From Chiloscyllium plagiosum (Eukaryota): a DNA stretch of 26,582 nucleotides. The position numbers were made by a program, and so were the translations under genes. The stretch spans positions 34,232,669-34,259,250 of the forward strand of contig NC_057720.1 of NCBI RefSeq assembly GCF_004010195.1, given 5' to 3'. Numbering within the stretch: position 1 is the stretch's first letter; every line of letters begins with the position of its first letter. This document shows, piece by piece, positions 1 to 11,671 of this stretch. The notes under the pieces were generated by a model. That model searched no databases. It had not been told where the DNA came from and was given only the letters and a program-made list of their open reading frames with translations.

Positions 1-390
1 GTCCTTCAGCCACTGTTACCTCAGGGAGATTGCTTGTGTCTTCCCCAGTAAACACAGATCTGAAGTAACAATTCAATTCTTCTGCCATTTCTTTGTTCCC
101 CGTAATATATTCCCCTTTTTCTGTCTTCAAGGGCCCAATTTAAGTCTTAACCATTTTTTTGCCTTTCACATACCTAAAAAAGCTTTTACTATCCTCCTTT
201 GTATTTTTGGCCAGTTTACCTTTGTACCTCATTTATTCTCTGCGTATTTCCTTCTTAATAATCCTCTGTTGTTCTTTAAAAGCTCCCCAGTCCACCGTTT
301 TCCCACTTATTTTTGCTATGTTATACTTTTTCTCTTTTAACTTTACATGTTTCTGAACTTCCCTCGTCAGCCACGGCCACCCATGCCTAA
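1..390 (-). mobile_element. CR1-clade LINE ORF2 fragment (region between endonuclease and RT), decayed, runs off the window
   Basis: Translates as PWLTREVQKHVKLKEKKYNIAKISGKTVDW...KSFFRYVKGK...GNKEMAEELNCYFRSVFT with in-frame stops. Homologous to the copy starting near 22700. Confidence 0.9.
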
Positions 391-399
391 CAATGACCT

Positions 400-985
400 G
401 GACTTTGGACTTGCACAAAATTTAAAAGTTTGGAGATGTATCAAACTTATAAATGTAGTAAATAAGCGAGGAGGCCAGTAACCATTATTTGGAGAATTGA
501 GGAAGATTAATAAAATGGCTAGCTAGTACCTTGCAGATACAGCTAATGCAAATAAATAATGGATTTTTGGTAGGAAGAAGTAAGAGGCAATTTGAACTAA
601 ATGATGCAATTTTAAATATGCAAGAGAAGCAAGCTCTGGGTTGTGTGAATCTTTGAAGGTTACAAGACAAGTTTAGAAGGTAAAAACAAGGTCTGCACAT
701 GCTGGAAACCTGAGTCTGGATTAGAGTGGTGCTGGAAAAGCACAGCAGATTAGGCAGCATCCGAGGAGCAGGAAAATCAGCGTTTCGGGCAAAAGCCCTT
801 CATCAGGGATAGAGGGTTGCTATCCATAAAAAGCATATTACTAACAGCAAAATAGAATACAAATACAAGTGACAGGTGTTGCAAAACATGGTTAGGCCTC
901 AACTGGAATATCATTCTATTTGCAACTCCACACTTTGGGAAGGATGTTGAGGCCTTAGTGAAGTTGTAGTGGTTTTCTAGAAGGC
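400..985 (+). mobile_element. Old CR1 LINE RT C-terminal fragment, interrupted by a PLE-type insert at 682-808
   Basis: Degenerate matches to CR1 blocks (tttggtaggaagaa...aaatgatgcaatttta; ggttaggcctcaactggaata; ggaaggatgttgaggcctt) that are also seen in the CR1 copies at 10.3-10.7 kb and 23.8-24.2 kb. Confidence 0.7.
682..808 (-). mobile_element. Short Penelope-like element terminus (family A) with hammerhead-like core at 782-806
   Basis: Near-identical to five other copies in the window (gctggaaaagcacagcag...ggcagcatcc). Minus strand reads CTGATGA-A-GGGC-TTTT-GCCC-GAAAC. Confidence 0.8.
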
Positions 986-1500
986 AAAACTCCAGTGATG
1001 ATTTTTTTTGCCTGATATCATCATGCAAGAGAAATTGGCAACACCGCAGTACCAATGTGAACTTCCCATCCCACTGGAGGAGAGAGCAGTGTATCAGGAT
1101 ATGCAAGATGCAAAAATTGTGACTTTACAATAGTAATGGTGACCACAGTGATTGCAACAAAAATTGGGGGATGTCCCTGCTGAGCCTTGTGGAATAAATA
1201 TTCCCTCTGAGTTGGACTTGGAAAGTCTGTAGCTGCTAACTGAACACATCTACTCTGAATTCCAGAATGATATCAAAACTGGAAGATCTACAGTGGATAT
1301 AATTTTCTTGTTCCAGCAGTTGCTAAGAATGTCATGGGCAGAGGAGTCCATTACATAGTGCCTCAATGATTAAAGATGTATCATAAAAGTTATATTTTTG
1401 GATTTATATCTTAAAGACTGATAGATATGGGTTAGTAATGTGAAGATTTTTCTGAAGGTCATAAACTCAAGTTGGAACCATGACCTAAATGGATCAGTTC
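985..1500 (+). mobile_element. Decayed RTE-clade LINE reverse transcriptase fragment
   Basis: Frameshifted translation WEERAVYQDMQDAKIVTL...GDHSDCNKNWGMSLLSLV...HIYSEFQ...GRSTVDIIF, corresponding to the RTE consensus DAKIVTLYKNKGDRSDCNNYRGISLL...PESQCGFR.GRSTVDMIF. Confidence 0.75.
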
Positions 1501-3150
1501 CAAGAAAACATGTGACTGCAATGGAGTGCCTAGACAATCCTGTAGTGTTAATTGATAAAATATTTATATTGCTGGGTTGATGACAAGCAGAGTAAACATA
1601 TTTAAACAATTAGTTTTGCATTTACAACAAAGCTCGATGTTTTAGTTTAGAAGAATTCAGAGTTTAGTTCAGAAGAGAACAGTTTCTCATGGCAAGCAAC
1701 TTAAGTCAGTACAGAGGAAACTGTCTCCTCAACAAATCTGATTTCTAGTATGTAGCGCTTCCAGGCCAGGACAGTGTGGATAGAAATTCTTAAGTTGCCA
1801 GAACTGAGAATGTGTAGGCAATCATAATTGCAAGATGTTCATATCAACAGACTATAAAAAACTCATTATTCCAAAAGAGAGAGAGAAAAACTGAAAGGCC
1901 TTGCTTAGAAAATATTTACAAAGCTGAGATAAGAGAGCTTTTTTTTCTGAAATCGAGTCTCTGTAATGGATAGTATTGGGAAACAAGTTGAAACGAGCAT
2001 GGACAACTCCTGGTGGGTGGGTAATAGTGGCCCAACCAGTGACACCTACATCCCATGAATGAATTCAAAAGAAAACTATCAGTTTATGAGGTTAACTGAC
2101 CCGCTTTCAAGGAATTAGCAAAGGTGTGAGCAAAGATAAGATTCTCGTGATCACTTTCTCAGGATTGTTTGGCCTGCAGTACTTGAGAAGTAGTGATAGA
2201 CAAATTGTGAGAGAGTTCATAACAGAAACCCAGAGTAGATAAAATTTTATCCGAGAAAAAACATTGCTTTTAGATCAATGACTCTTCTGATGGAAAATGG
2301 CCAAAGTCATGCTTTTATCATCCTGTTTGTCTGACTGAGTATCAATGGCAAAGTAATCTTGCTGAGCATTGCTACTGAATGAATAGTCAATGTTAGCTAG
2401 ATTCTTGAAAGTGTCAGCAGCATTAATCTTTTTTGTAAATCTTCAAATTGTTGAAAAAGTGCAGAGTTAACTTTGAATAGAGCATGTTGTCCGCAAATTA
2501 ATTTGTAATAGTCAAATTAAAAATGATCATTATAATGAAATATTGTGCTGATTTGCCATTGTCCATTGGTCCATATTTTCACTGTTATAAAAAGCCTTGC
2601 TCATCCATCGCCACCCACTTCACCATTGCAGCTGTGATTGGTTGTCTAATCTGGCTTCTGTCAAATGAAGTATTACGCCTGTAGCATTTAAACACAAATC
2701 TGATCCAAACCTTTATTGCGATTGGTGCAGTTTAACAGCAAATTCAAGTTCAGCAATTCTCTTTTAAGTTATATTGATGTGTAAGAAAACTATTAGAAAT
2801 AAATAAAGTAAAAATGTGCTGTTCCAAAAAGGTATGAATGTAACAAACAAAAACTTGCGGTTATATAGATCAGGCTCTATGATTTATACCTTTGCATTTT
2901 GAATTTGGTAAAAGAATGGGGATTTATCCCTTAAATTATATAATCTATGAAAATAAAGTTTCATTATTCTGTAACCTTAAAATTACTCTCCTATTTCTTC
3001 ATGAGTTGAGCCATATTTAAGAATACAGCTGACTGCTCAAAACTGATTAGGTTAAACCTGTCAACTCGCCTTGGATATATCCCTCTGGTTTTAAGACATG
3101 ATAACCAATTGGTACAATTTGCAAATGTAAGCCTGCCTTCTCCTATTAAA

Positions 3151-3615
3151 TTAAAAATCACAGCAGCAGGTTATAATCCAACAGTTTTATTTAAAAGTAC
3201 TAGTTTTTAGAGCACTGCTCCTTCATCAGGTAACTAGTGGGGCATGATCATGAAACATAGAATTTATAGCAAAAGATCATAGTGTCATGCAATTAAAATG
3301 ACATATTGAACAAAACTAGATTCCTGTTAAATCTTTCATCTTTTAGAATGGGTTGCAGGTTGCGGTTCATTAATATGTAAATCCCAGAACTTCTTTTAAG
3401 TCACGTTCTCAAGATGGCATAAGGTTTTATAAAAAAGGTAACATCTCAGCTCAGACAATGTAATGAAAAGTTTGAGGTTAGAGTCTGTCTATATCCCAAT
3501 CTTGAGTCAGACTTGTTCTATTTCCAAAGTAGGAATTTATAAGATGTTATATAGATTGACGGCCTGCAGGCTGTGTGCTTTTTTTTTAGCATAAATAAAA
3601 TGAATCTGCAAATTG
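3151..3615 (-). mobile_element. Penelope-like element 3' part/terminus (family B) with decayed hammerhead core at about 3198-3232
   Basis: Minus strand reads TAC-CTGATGA-A-GGAGC-AGT-GCTCT-AAAAACTA-GTA. Same orientation as the GIY-YIG fragment at 4408-4642, from which it is separated by a CR1 fragment. Confidence 0.7.
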
Positions 3616-3619
3616 TCAA

Positions 3620-4407
3620 GTGCATGAGCCATGGTTTACCAAGGACTTTGGGTCAAGAGGTAGTAGAAGGCTTATGTTAGGATGAGATGTGATGGCTCAT
3701 TTAGGGCAATTGAGAGTTACAGGTTAGCCAGGAAAAAGTAAAGAAAAGCCAGGAGGGGACATGAGAAGTTGTTGGCAGATAGGATCAAGATAAACCCTAA
3801 GGCTCTCTACAGGTATATCAGGAATAAAAGAATGGCTGTAGTAAGATTATGGCCAATCAAGAATAGTAGTAGGAAGTTGTACGTGGAGTCAGAGGAAATG
3901 GAGAAGCGCAAAATGAATATTTTTCATCAGTATTCACACTAGAAAAAGACAATGTTGGTGAGAGAATGCTGAGATACAGGCTACTAAACAAGTTGGAAAT
4001 GAGGTTCACAAGGAGGTGTTAGAAATTCTGGAAAGTGTGAAAATAGATAAGTTCCCTGGGCTGGATGGGATTTATCCTAGGATTCTCTTGGAAGCCAGGG
4101 AGGGGATTTTTGAACCTTTGGCTTTGATCTTTATGTTGTCATTTTCTACGGAATAGTGCCAGAAGACGAGAGCATTGCAAATGTTGTTCCCTTGTTCAAG
4201 GAGGGGATTAGAGACAACCCTGGTAATTATAGACCAGTGAGCCTTACTTCGGTTGTGGGTAAATTGTCGGAAACGGTTGTAAGAGATAGGATTTGTAATC
4301 ATCTAGAAAGGAATCATCTAGGGTTAGTTAACACGATTTTGTGAAGGGTAGGTCATGCCTCACAAACCTTATTGAGTTCTTTGAGAAGGTGACCAAACAG
4401 AGTAAAG
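3620..4407 (+). mobile_element. CR1 LINE ORF2 fragment (N-terminal part of RT)
   Basis: DKFPGLDGIYPRILLEARE...IANVVPLFKEGIRDNPGNYRPVSLTSVVGK...FVKGRSCLTNLIEFFEKVT, with frameshifts. Confidence 0.93.
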
Positions 4408-4642
4408 CAGTCACCCGAAGATCTGAAGGCGAATGTCTCTGAATGCTGAAGTGCTCCCCAACTGGGAGAGAACATACCTGTCTGGCGGTCGTTGTGTGGT
4501 GTCCATTCATCGGTTGTTGTAGTGTCTGCTTAATCTCGCCAATGTACCATCCCTCTGGGCATCCTTGCTTGCAGCGTATTAGATAGACAGCGTTGGCTGA
4601 GTCACATGAGTACTGCCGTGTACATGGTGGATGGTGTTGAGT
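4408..4642 (-). mobile_element. Penelope-like element GIY-YIG endonuclease fragment
   Basis: Part of ORF 4328-4708(-): YSCDSANAVYLIRCKQGCPEGWYIGEIKQTLQQPMNGHH...PVGEHF. Shows the VY...YIG motif with the Cys/His residues typical of PLE endonucleases. Confidence 0.88.
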
Positions 4643-5342
4643 CCCCTTTGGTTGATCTTTTTTTCTGTCTATTTGCTGTCTTCTTAAGGCAGTATGTACA
4701 CTGTGCAATGGTGGGGTTTCAGCTTAAGATAAATAAGAATGTGCTGTTAACTTCATTGAGCTTATAACAGGAGATGGTTTCCAGATTTCTATATTCCTGT
4801 CTATAATTTACCTGACCTGCTTCAACAGTTTTGTGGTATATGATCATTTTTGTTCTGCAAATTTGGATTCTACAATTAAAACAGATTTTTGATTTTAATT
4901 CAGTGAAGATGATTCTCTTAAGTGTTAGAAAATCATTCGTGAACAGGAAGCTCAAAACAGCCTTTCCAAGAAAGACTGGGACTTAAGTGACTAGCGATCT
5001 ACATGGGAGATGATTGCTTGGGTATTTATTAATTGGAACCTTTACAGCGAACAGGGACAGATGGCTAGGGGCCACAATCAAGATGAATTCGGAAGAAAAT
5101 ATCTACATCAGCAGCTTTTAGTTTGTGCAAGTCTTCAGACAGCAGAGTTGTAAGAGTCTTCAGATGATTTCGTAACCACAAAATAGTCAGAGAAATATCA
5201 TTAAGTTAGTGTTTTTAACTTTCTTCAAAATTAACTTTGCATCTTTTCAACAATTTGACAGAGGGTATCACATTTAGTGAATGTGCAATGTGTCATTGAT
5301 AGGAACATATGAACTTGTCAGTTTAGTAAGAACTGACAAGTT

Positions 5343-5632
5343 CTTACAGCACCAGGGACCCGGGTTTGATTCCAACCTTGGACAACTGTCTATGTGGAGT
5401 TTGCACATTTTCCTCGTGTCTGCGTGAGTTTCCTTCCACAATCCAAAGATGTACAGGTTAGGTGAATTGGCCAAGCTAAATTGCGCATAGTATTCAGGGA
5501 TGTATAGGTTAGGTGTCCTAGTCAGTAGTAACTATAGGATGGTAGGGGAATGGGTTTGGGTGGGTTGCTCTTTGGCGGGTCAGTGTGGACTTGTTGGGCT
5601 GAAGGGCCTGTTTCCACACTCTAGGGATTCTA
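5343..5632 (+). mobile_element. HE1-type tRNA-derived V-SINE, 5'-truncated
   Basis: Box B-like gggtttgattcc, V-domain tgtggagtttgcacatt, and CR1-like tail gggctgaagggcctgtttccacact. Homologous to the copies at 6098 and 9629. Confidence 0.9.
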
Positions 5633-5659
5633 AGTTTTTGTGAACCAGAATACATGCAT

Positions 5660-5785
5660 GAAAGATGAAGTCTGAAACATTGATATTTTCCATTCCTTAC
5701 AAATGTTGCCTCGTTTGCTGAGTGTTTTCATCATTATCTCAAGAATAAATCTGTATTTCAGATTGTTCAAGGTTTGCAGTTTCTC
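5660..5785 (+). mobile_element. Highly decayed PLE-type terminus related to 26106-26230
   Basis: ctgaaacattga...acaaatgttgcc...tgctgagtgttttc...ttcagatt...tttgcagttt parallels ctgaaacattaa...atagatgctgcc...ttccgatttccagcatctgcaatt. Confidence 0.45.
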
Positions 5786-5989
5786 CCTTTATTTGGGTCT
5801 GATTTAAGGGAGGGTGGGAATTAAGAGTCTGAGTCAACAATGGATGCATCCTGCCTGTAACCTTGTCATGACACAAAAACAATTTTCTCCATGTGAGAGT
5901 ATTCATTCTTTTGATAAATTTTAAAAATAATTCTCGCACTTCAAATGTAATTAGAGTGAAGTTGCACAATAGGACCAGTAGGTAAGTAT

Positions 5990-6590
5990 CTGGGTGATCA
6001 TTTAGTCATCGTTAAAATTATGAAGGGATTTCAGAGGGTAAACTTGGCAAAGATGTTGCCAAGTGAGTGTATGTGGCTGAGTATAAAACTAAAGAAAGGG
6101 CAGCACGGTGGCTCAGTGGTTAGCACTACTGCCTCACAGTGCCAGGGGACCTGGGTTTGATTCTAACCTTGGGCAACTGTGTGGAGTTTACATATTCTCC
6201 CTGTGTCTGCGTGGGTTTCCTCCAGGTGCTCTGGTTTCCTCCCACAATGCAAAGAAAGATGTGCAGGTTAGGTGAATTGGCCCAGCTTCGTTGCCCATAG
6301 TGTTAGGTGCATTAGTCAGAGGGAAATGTAGAGCAATGGGTCTGGGTGGGTTACTCTTTGGAGGGTCAGAGAGGACCTTTTGGGCCTAAGGGCCTGTTTC
6401 CACACTGTAGGGAATCTAATCTAAATATACAATAGTCAGTATTCCAATACAGAATTTAGAAGTTACCTCTTCACCCAAGGTTTGATAAGATTATGGAATG
6501 TGCTGCCAGATAGAGTGGTTGATATGAGTAACATTGAAGACAATCCAAAAATGTAACGCAGATAAAAATATAATGGTGTGTTTATTTGGT
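5990..6590 (+). mobile_element. Old CR1 3'-end fragment interrupted by an HE1 SINE
   Basis: aaaattatgaagggattt...ggtaaac...aagatgtt and tttagaag...cttcacccaagg...tggaatgtgctgcca match the CR1 3' ends elsewhere in the window. Confidence 0.7.
6098..6425 (+). mobile_element. HE1-type V-SINE, full length
   Basis: tRNA head with box A (tggctcagtggtt) and box B (gggtttgattct), V-domain, CR1/HER1-like tail, and a terminal (aatct)n-like repeat. Confidence 0.93.
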
Positions 6591-9439
6591 AAGGCAAAGT
6601 GGGATCAGTTCTTGCACCGGCTGATGTTGCTATGAATGATTCTCCTTTGTACGGAGAATAGTGCGGTGAGGAAGGCATATGGCGTACTGGCTTTTATTGG
6701 TAGAGGAATTGAGTTCCGGAGCCCTGAGGTCATGACGCCTGAGGCATAATGTCCTTCAGGTTAAATCACTATTTGTTATCGCTCTGTACTAAGAGAGCAT
6801 CCCAATGGCCTGTAAGGCTATGACGACTTTACCTTTTGTTTTAGGTTGTGAGTTCCGAGGAGCCTCTTGTGGATCATAAACACTTGCAGAGGCTAGGTAG
6901 GCTGGATGGCTTGTCTCTGTGTAGTAACTTCCATGCAGTTTACCTCGAGCCTGGTTACATAGTACACGTTGGGGTGGGTCAACGAGCCACAAAACAAACC
7001 TTTCTCCTTGACTGTCAGCAAGCATTCTTTGATGAATAGTTAATTCCAGGAGATACTTGAATAAAGTGGGAGTGGTGAGGTCCTTGTATATATTTCATGT
7101 CAAACCTCCTTAGAAGTTACAGCAAGTTGAAGGAGCTAGGAGTAAATTCTTGGCATTTATGACCAATATTATGTGCTCAGGTTACTAAGAAATGGTTAGA
7201 AAGTTTTTCCAGAATGTGGTGAGTTCTTGCATTTGTTCCTCTTCTTTGCTGGTAGCTGTTTTCTGTTTGTGTATTTTCAACATGCAGTTTGATCTTTTGG
7301 TTATTTTTGTTCTTGCTAGCTTCTGATATTGATTGAAAACTCATTTTGACAAAACAGCACTAAAATCAAGTTTTATTTGTTGATATGATGTCAATGTGTA
7401 ATGTGGCAGTTTCAGTAAGTGGTCAAGAGAGTCTACCAGCTCGGAGAACTGAAACCCAAATTACATATTGAGAATAAATGCGATCCAGAATTAAATCTAT
7501 TCACAAAGCCAAAACAACACAGACCCAACATTTGATACATTTTCTCTGCTGTGAATTGGAGTTCAGAGTTGAGACTGATTCGATGTTAACAATGATTGCA
7601 ATCTGGATTGGCCCTAATTGGTCCATTTAATTTGACAGTCATTAATATTGTGGATAGGACATTATAAGACATGGTACAATCTTCAGTCTCACAGCTCCAT
7701 TATCACCCTTGACCAGAAACCACGTTCTTCCCCCACTGGGTCCTAGTTATCAAGGTAGTGAATATTCAGTAGAACTTCAGGCAAAGAGTTATGAAAACAC
7801 TCAGAGACATTATAATGTTCTAGGCTGAAGAAGAATTCCTACAAAATTTCAGCATCGCCTTTTCACGCTAAACATCCCCCGCCACCTGATTTACAAACAG
7901 AAAGATGCTGTGATCTCAGTCTTTGACTGTGAAATCGTCAATGTCAATGACTTTGTCAGATTTATACTTTCTCAATACACTGCCGTATTAAACACTAGAT
8001 GAGAAGCTGTTGTTTAAAAATTTTGAATGACATTCTTCTTCCCTGGGGAAAAAAAAACTTTTGGGGAAACTTAAGCCAGCAAGTGTATTTCATATCCCTC
8101 CCATAACCCACAATGGTCAAAGATTCACCCTGCCCTAACCTTACGGGAACATTGCCTTAACTAGGAATTTTTCTTGACACGTGAAGGCGAGATTTCCCAT
8201 GTGCACTGTGCAATGGAACAATATACTTTGCTGAAGAAAAACGTGTTGCTGAAGTTTTACATCTTGCAGTCACAGTAAGTAATCAAGAATGCCAAATCTC
8301 AAATGTTCACAACAAGTTACACTCGTGGAGAAAAGTCTTCTAACTGCTTGGCAAGTTGACTCTTGTCTGCTGCATTGCCCTAGGGAAAGCAGCGGGGAAT
8401 TAATTATAGGCTCTAAGCACTGGACTAAATTCAAGAAAAGGTGTAAGGCTTGAACATGTTCTCATATTTGTACAGAGTCAGTCACTTAGTATACATCAGC
8501 CATGTTATGTGCTCATTGATTATCTTAGTTGTTGGTGTAACTATTAGCACAATTCCATTCGAATTGTGGGATTTCATCTGACAGAATATATTTTGTTTTT
8601 GATTTTGCAATTGCAACATGTCTCTCTTTTCAGAAAAATTTTAAAAATCGTTAACCTACTTTTGAACGAGGAGTTCACAATTTCACTGGTCATGGTGTCA
8701 GGATCAGCTGAAACCAAATTTATAGTATATTCCTTCTTCTCTATCCCAAAGGTTTTCCAGTAAACCCCTCAGAAAAACACTTTCTACTGAAATGATGTGA
8801 TCTTTTAAACAGATAAACCTCCCACATTGCTCAGCCATACTACTTCTCTAAGGCTTATGGTTTCAGGCCAAGTGATAGGCAGGCTGCTTTAGTACCATCA
8901 CCACTCAGGAACTTTAAGTCAATTTGCAATTTTTAGTTTATATGCCAACACACTGTTTTACAGAAATGCTTTACTTTCCAGATTGAGATTACAAATTTGC
9001 AACACACAAACGGATAGTGAAAAGTATATGAAGAGAAAATGATTAGCAAAGACAAATGTAGTCATAAACACGGGAAGTTCTACTGGGGACCAAAGAGGTG
9101 GCAGACTAATTAAATGAATATTTTGGTTCTGCCTTCACAAAGAAGGACACAAATAAAGCCTCAAAATGTTGAGAAGCACAGGGTCTCGAGTGAGGGAGGG
9201 TCTGAAAAAAATCCGTATTAATAAGGAAATGGTGTTAGGGAAAGAGAAAGCTGATAAAATTCTTAGGGTTCGATAATCTCCATCCCAGAGTACTTAAGGA
9301 AGTGGCCCTAGAAACAGAGGATGCCCGGGAAATCATCTTTCCTGATTCTACAGACTCTGAAACAGATTGCAGAGTGACCAATGCAACTCCATTATTTAAA
9401 ATGAGGTTGAGAAAACACAACAATAGACTGACATCAATA

Positions 9440-9602
9440 CAGAGGAACCTCAATTATCCAACATGCAATTATCTGAATTTCGGATTATCTGAACAAGATC
9501 GCAAGGTCCTGATGCTTTCCTAACTGTGTTATCCGGCATTCGATTAAATTATCCAAAAAAATACTCCCTGTCCGTGTCATTCGGATAATCGAGGTACCTC
9601 TG
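9440..9602. mobile_element. 163-bp MITE, Tc1/mariner superfamily (pogo/Tigger-like)
   Basis: Terminal inverted repeats cagaggaacctcaattatcc (9440-9459) and ggataatcgaggtacctctg (9583-9602) are 18/20 complementary. Flanked by TA on both sides (9438-9439, 9603-9604), with internal repeats of ATTATC(C/T). Confidence 0.88.
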
Positions 9603-9628
9603 TAATAGAAAAAATACTAGACTCCACT

Positions 9629-9948
9629 GGGGTGGCAAGGTGGCTCACAGTGGTTAGCACTGATTCTTCACAGCACGAAGGACTAGCGGTCAATTCCAGC
9701 CTCAGGGAACTGTGTGGAGTTTGCAAATTCTCCCTGGGTGCTCAAGTTTCCTCCCACAATCCAAAGATGTACAGGTTAGGTGAATTGGCCATGCTAAATT
9801 GCCCATAGTGTTCAGGGATGTACAGGCTAGGTGCATTAGTCAGGGGTAAATCTAGAGTAATAGGGGAATGGGTTTGGGTGGGATACTTTTTGGAGGGTCA
9901 ATGTGAACTTGTTGGGCTGAAGGGCCTGTTTCCACAATGTAGGGATTT
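9629..9948 (+). mobile_element. HE1-type V-SINE
   Basis: Same head, V-domain and tail as 6098-6425, with small deletions. Confidence 0.9.
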
Positions 9949-11547
9949 TTCTTTTTCTTCTTCTAAAAGGTTTAATAGCAGAGCACTTGAAGAACAATGC
10001 CAAGATTAGACAGAGTTAGCACTGATCTGCAGACAAGTCTACCTGAATCTTTCAAGGTTAAACTAGTAAAGTTGATAAGAAGATATGATTTACTTGGGTT
10101 TCATAAGATTTTCCTTAAGCTTCCACATAAGAGATTAGCATATGAAATTAAAGTGCTTGGGACTGGGAGAACTGGTTGACAACTTGAGCAACAAAGAATA
10201 GGAATAAATGTGAATTTTTCCTATAGCAGGCAGTGGCTAGTGGGTTCATCAGATGTGACAACGTTGGGTGAGAGTGAACTGTGAGGATGCAGAGATGCTT
10301 CAGTGTGATTTGGACAAGTGAGTGGGCAAATGCATGGCAGATAAAGTAATAACGTGGTCAAATGTGAAGTTATCCACTTTGGTGACAAAAACAGGAAGAA
10401 AAATTATTAACTGAATGGCGATAGATTGGGAAAGGGGAAAGTGCAATGAGACCTGGGTGTCCTTGTACAACAGTTGCTGAAAGTTAGCATGCAGGTGCAC
10501 TAGGCCATGATGAACAAAAAATGTATGTTGGCCTTCATAGTGAGAGGATTTGAGTACAGAAACAGGGATGTCGTGCTGGTGTTTGGTGAGACCACACCTG
10601 GAGTAACATGTGTAGTTTTAGTTTTCTTATCTGAGGAATGTTGTTCTGGTTATGAAGGGAGTACAACAGAAGTTTACCATACTTATTCCTGAGATGGCAG
10701 GACTGACATATAAAGAGAGACTGGATCAGTTAGAACTATATTCACTAGAATTTAGAAAATGATAAGTAGTGGGGAGGGGGGGTGGATTTCACAGAAGCCT
10801 ATGAAATTCTGATATAATCTAGAAGGATAAAAGCCATAAAGGATATTCCTAATTACAGGGAACTGAGAACCAAGGATCACAGTAAAGGATATAGGGTAAG
10901 CCATTTAGAACTGAGATAAGGGGAAATTTCTTCACCCAGAAAGTGGTGAGCCTGTAGAATTCTCTGCAACACAAAACAGTTGAAGCCAAAACATTGAATG
11001 TTTTCAAGAAGGAATTAGATACAGTTCTTTGAGCTAGAATCAAAAGGTATGGAGAGAAAGTGGGATCAAGGTATTGAGTTGGATGATCCTATTGAATGGT
11101 GAAGCTGGCTTGAAGGGCTGAATGGCCTACTCATATTGCTTAGGAATTAAAGCACTGACTACTTGATTAGTCTGGTGAAAAAAAGCACAAGAAACATTTG
11201 GTCATCATAATAAAAATAAACAATTGAAAAAATGCTGACTTCTTTACAACGTACATATCTGACAGATTCTAAAATCGATACTTTGGAATCAGCATGTTAC
11301 CCTTTAAAGCTTTACTGGTTCATATGTCAATTAATAAAGTTTACAGCAGATTTTCTTTGATGTAATGAACACTGTGCTGAAATGCTGTCCTGGAGTAAAT
11401 CCTCCTTCTGTTATACCAGCTCTCTAGATCAGTGATAGCAAATATTGGGCCAATTAAACAAAGGAAAGTTAAACAGTGTTTTGGTCCTTCTTTTTCTGGC
11501 AGTTCAAGTGAAGAGCAGCAAATTGGGGAATGCAAATTGTGGTACTA

Positions 11548-11671
11548 GGAGAAAGTGAGGTCTGCAGATGCTGGAGATCAGAGTCGAGAGTGTGTTGTTG
11601 AAAAAGCACAGCAGGACAGGCAGCATCCAAGGAGCAGGAGAATCAACGTTTCAGGCCAGAGCCCTTCATCA
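11548..11671 (-). mobile_element. Short PLE terminus (family A)
   Basis: Homologous to 682-808. Minus strand reads TGATGA-A-GGGC-TCTG-GCCT-GAAACGTT and is truncated at the start of the core. Confidence 0.8.

Larger units (their letters stand above)
9030..11140 (+). mobile_element. Decayed CR1 LINE (ORF2 to 3' UTR) with internal deletions, interrupted by a MITE and an HE1 SINE
   Basis: Residual motifs KEVAD.LNEYFGSAFTKKD, HPRVLKEVALE, KCEVIHFG, LAFIVRGFEYRNRDV and RGNFFTQKVV; 3' tail gaagggctgaatggcctact. Confidence 0.88.

Noticed and set aside
4328..4708. 126-aa GIY-YIG ORF as a domesticated nuclease gene
   Set aside because: It is a chimera of unique sequence, a truncated PLE endonuclease and antisense CR1. 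The catalytic Arg region is mutated (QQPM) and the C-terminal half is missing.
6098..6170. tRNA gene
   Set aside because: The A and B boxes belong to the tRNA-derived head of an HE1 SINE, and there is no complete cloverleaf.
6780..7200. Overlapping short ORFs in a GC-richer stretch
   Set aside because: No recognisable protein motifs. Probably an unclassified decayed repeat that cannot be assigned by eye.
7826..7828. In-frame TGA as a selenocysteine codon
   Set aside because: No start or exon support, no selenoprotein similarity, and no SECIS element could be identified.
8225..8560. Possible additional old PLE-type terminus
   Set aside because: It resembles a shark repeat from memory, but no ribozyme core or second copy is visible in this window.
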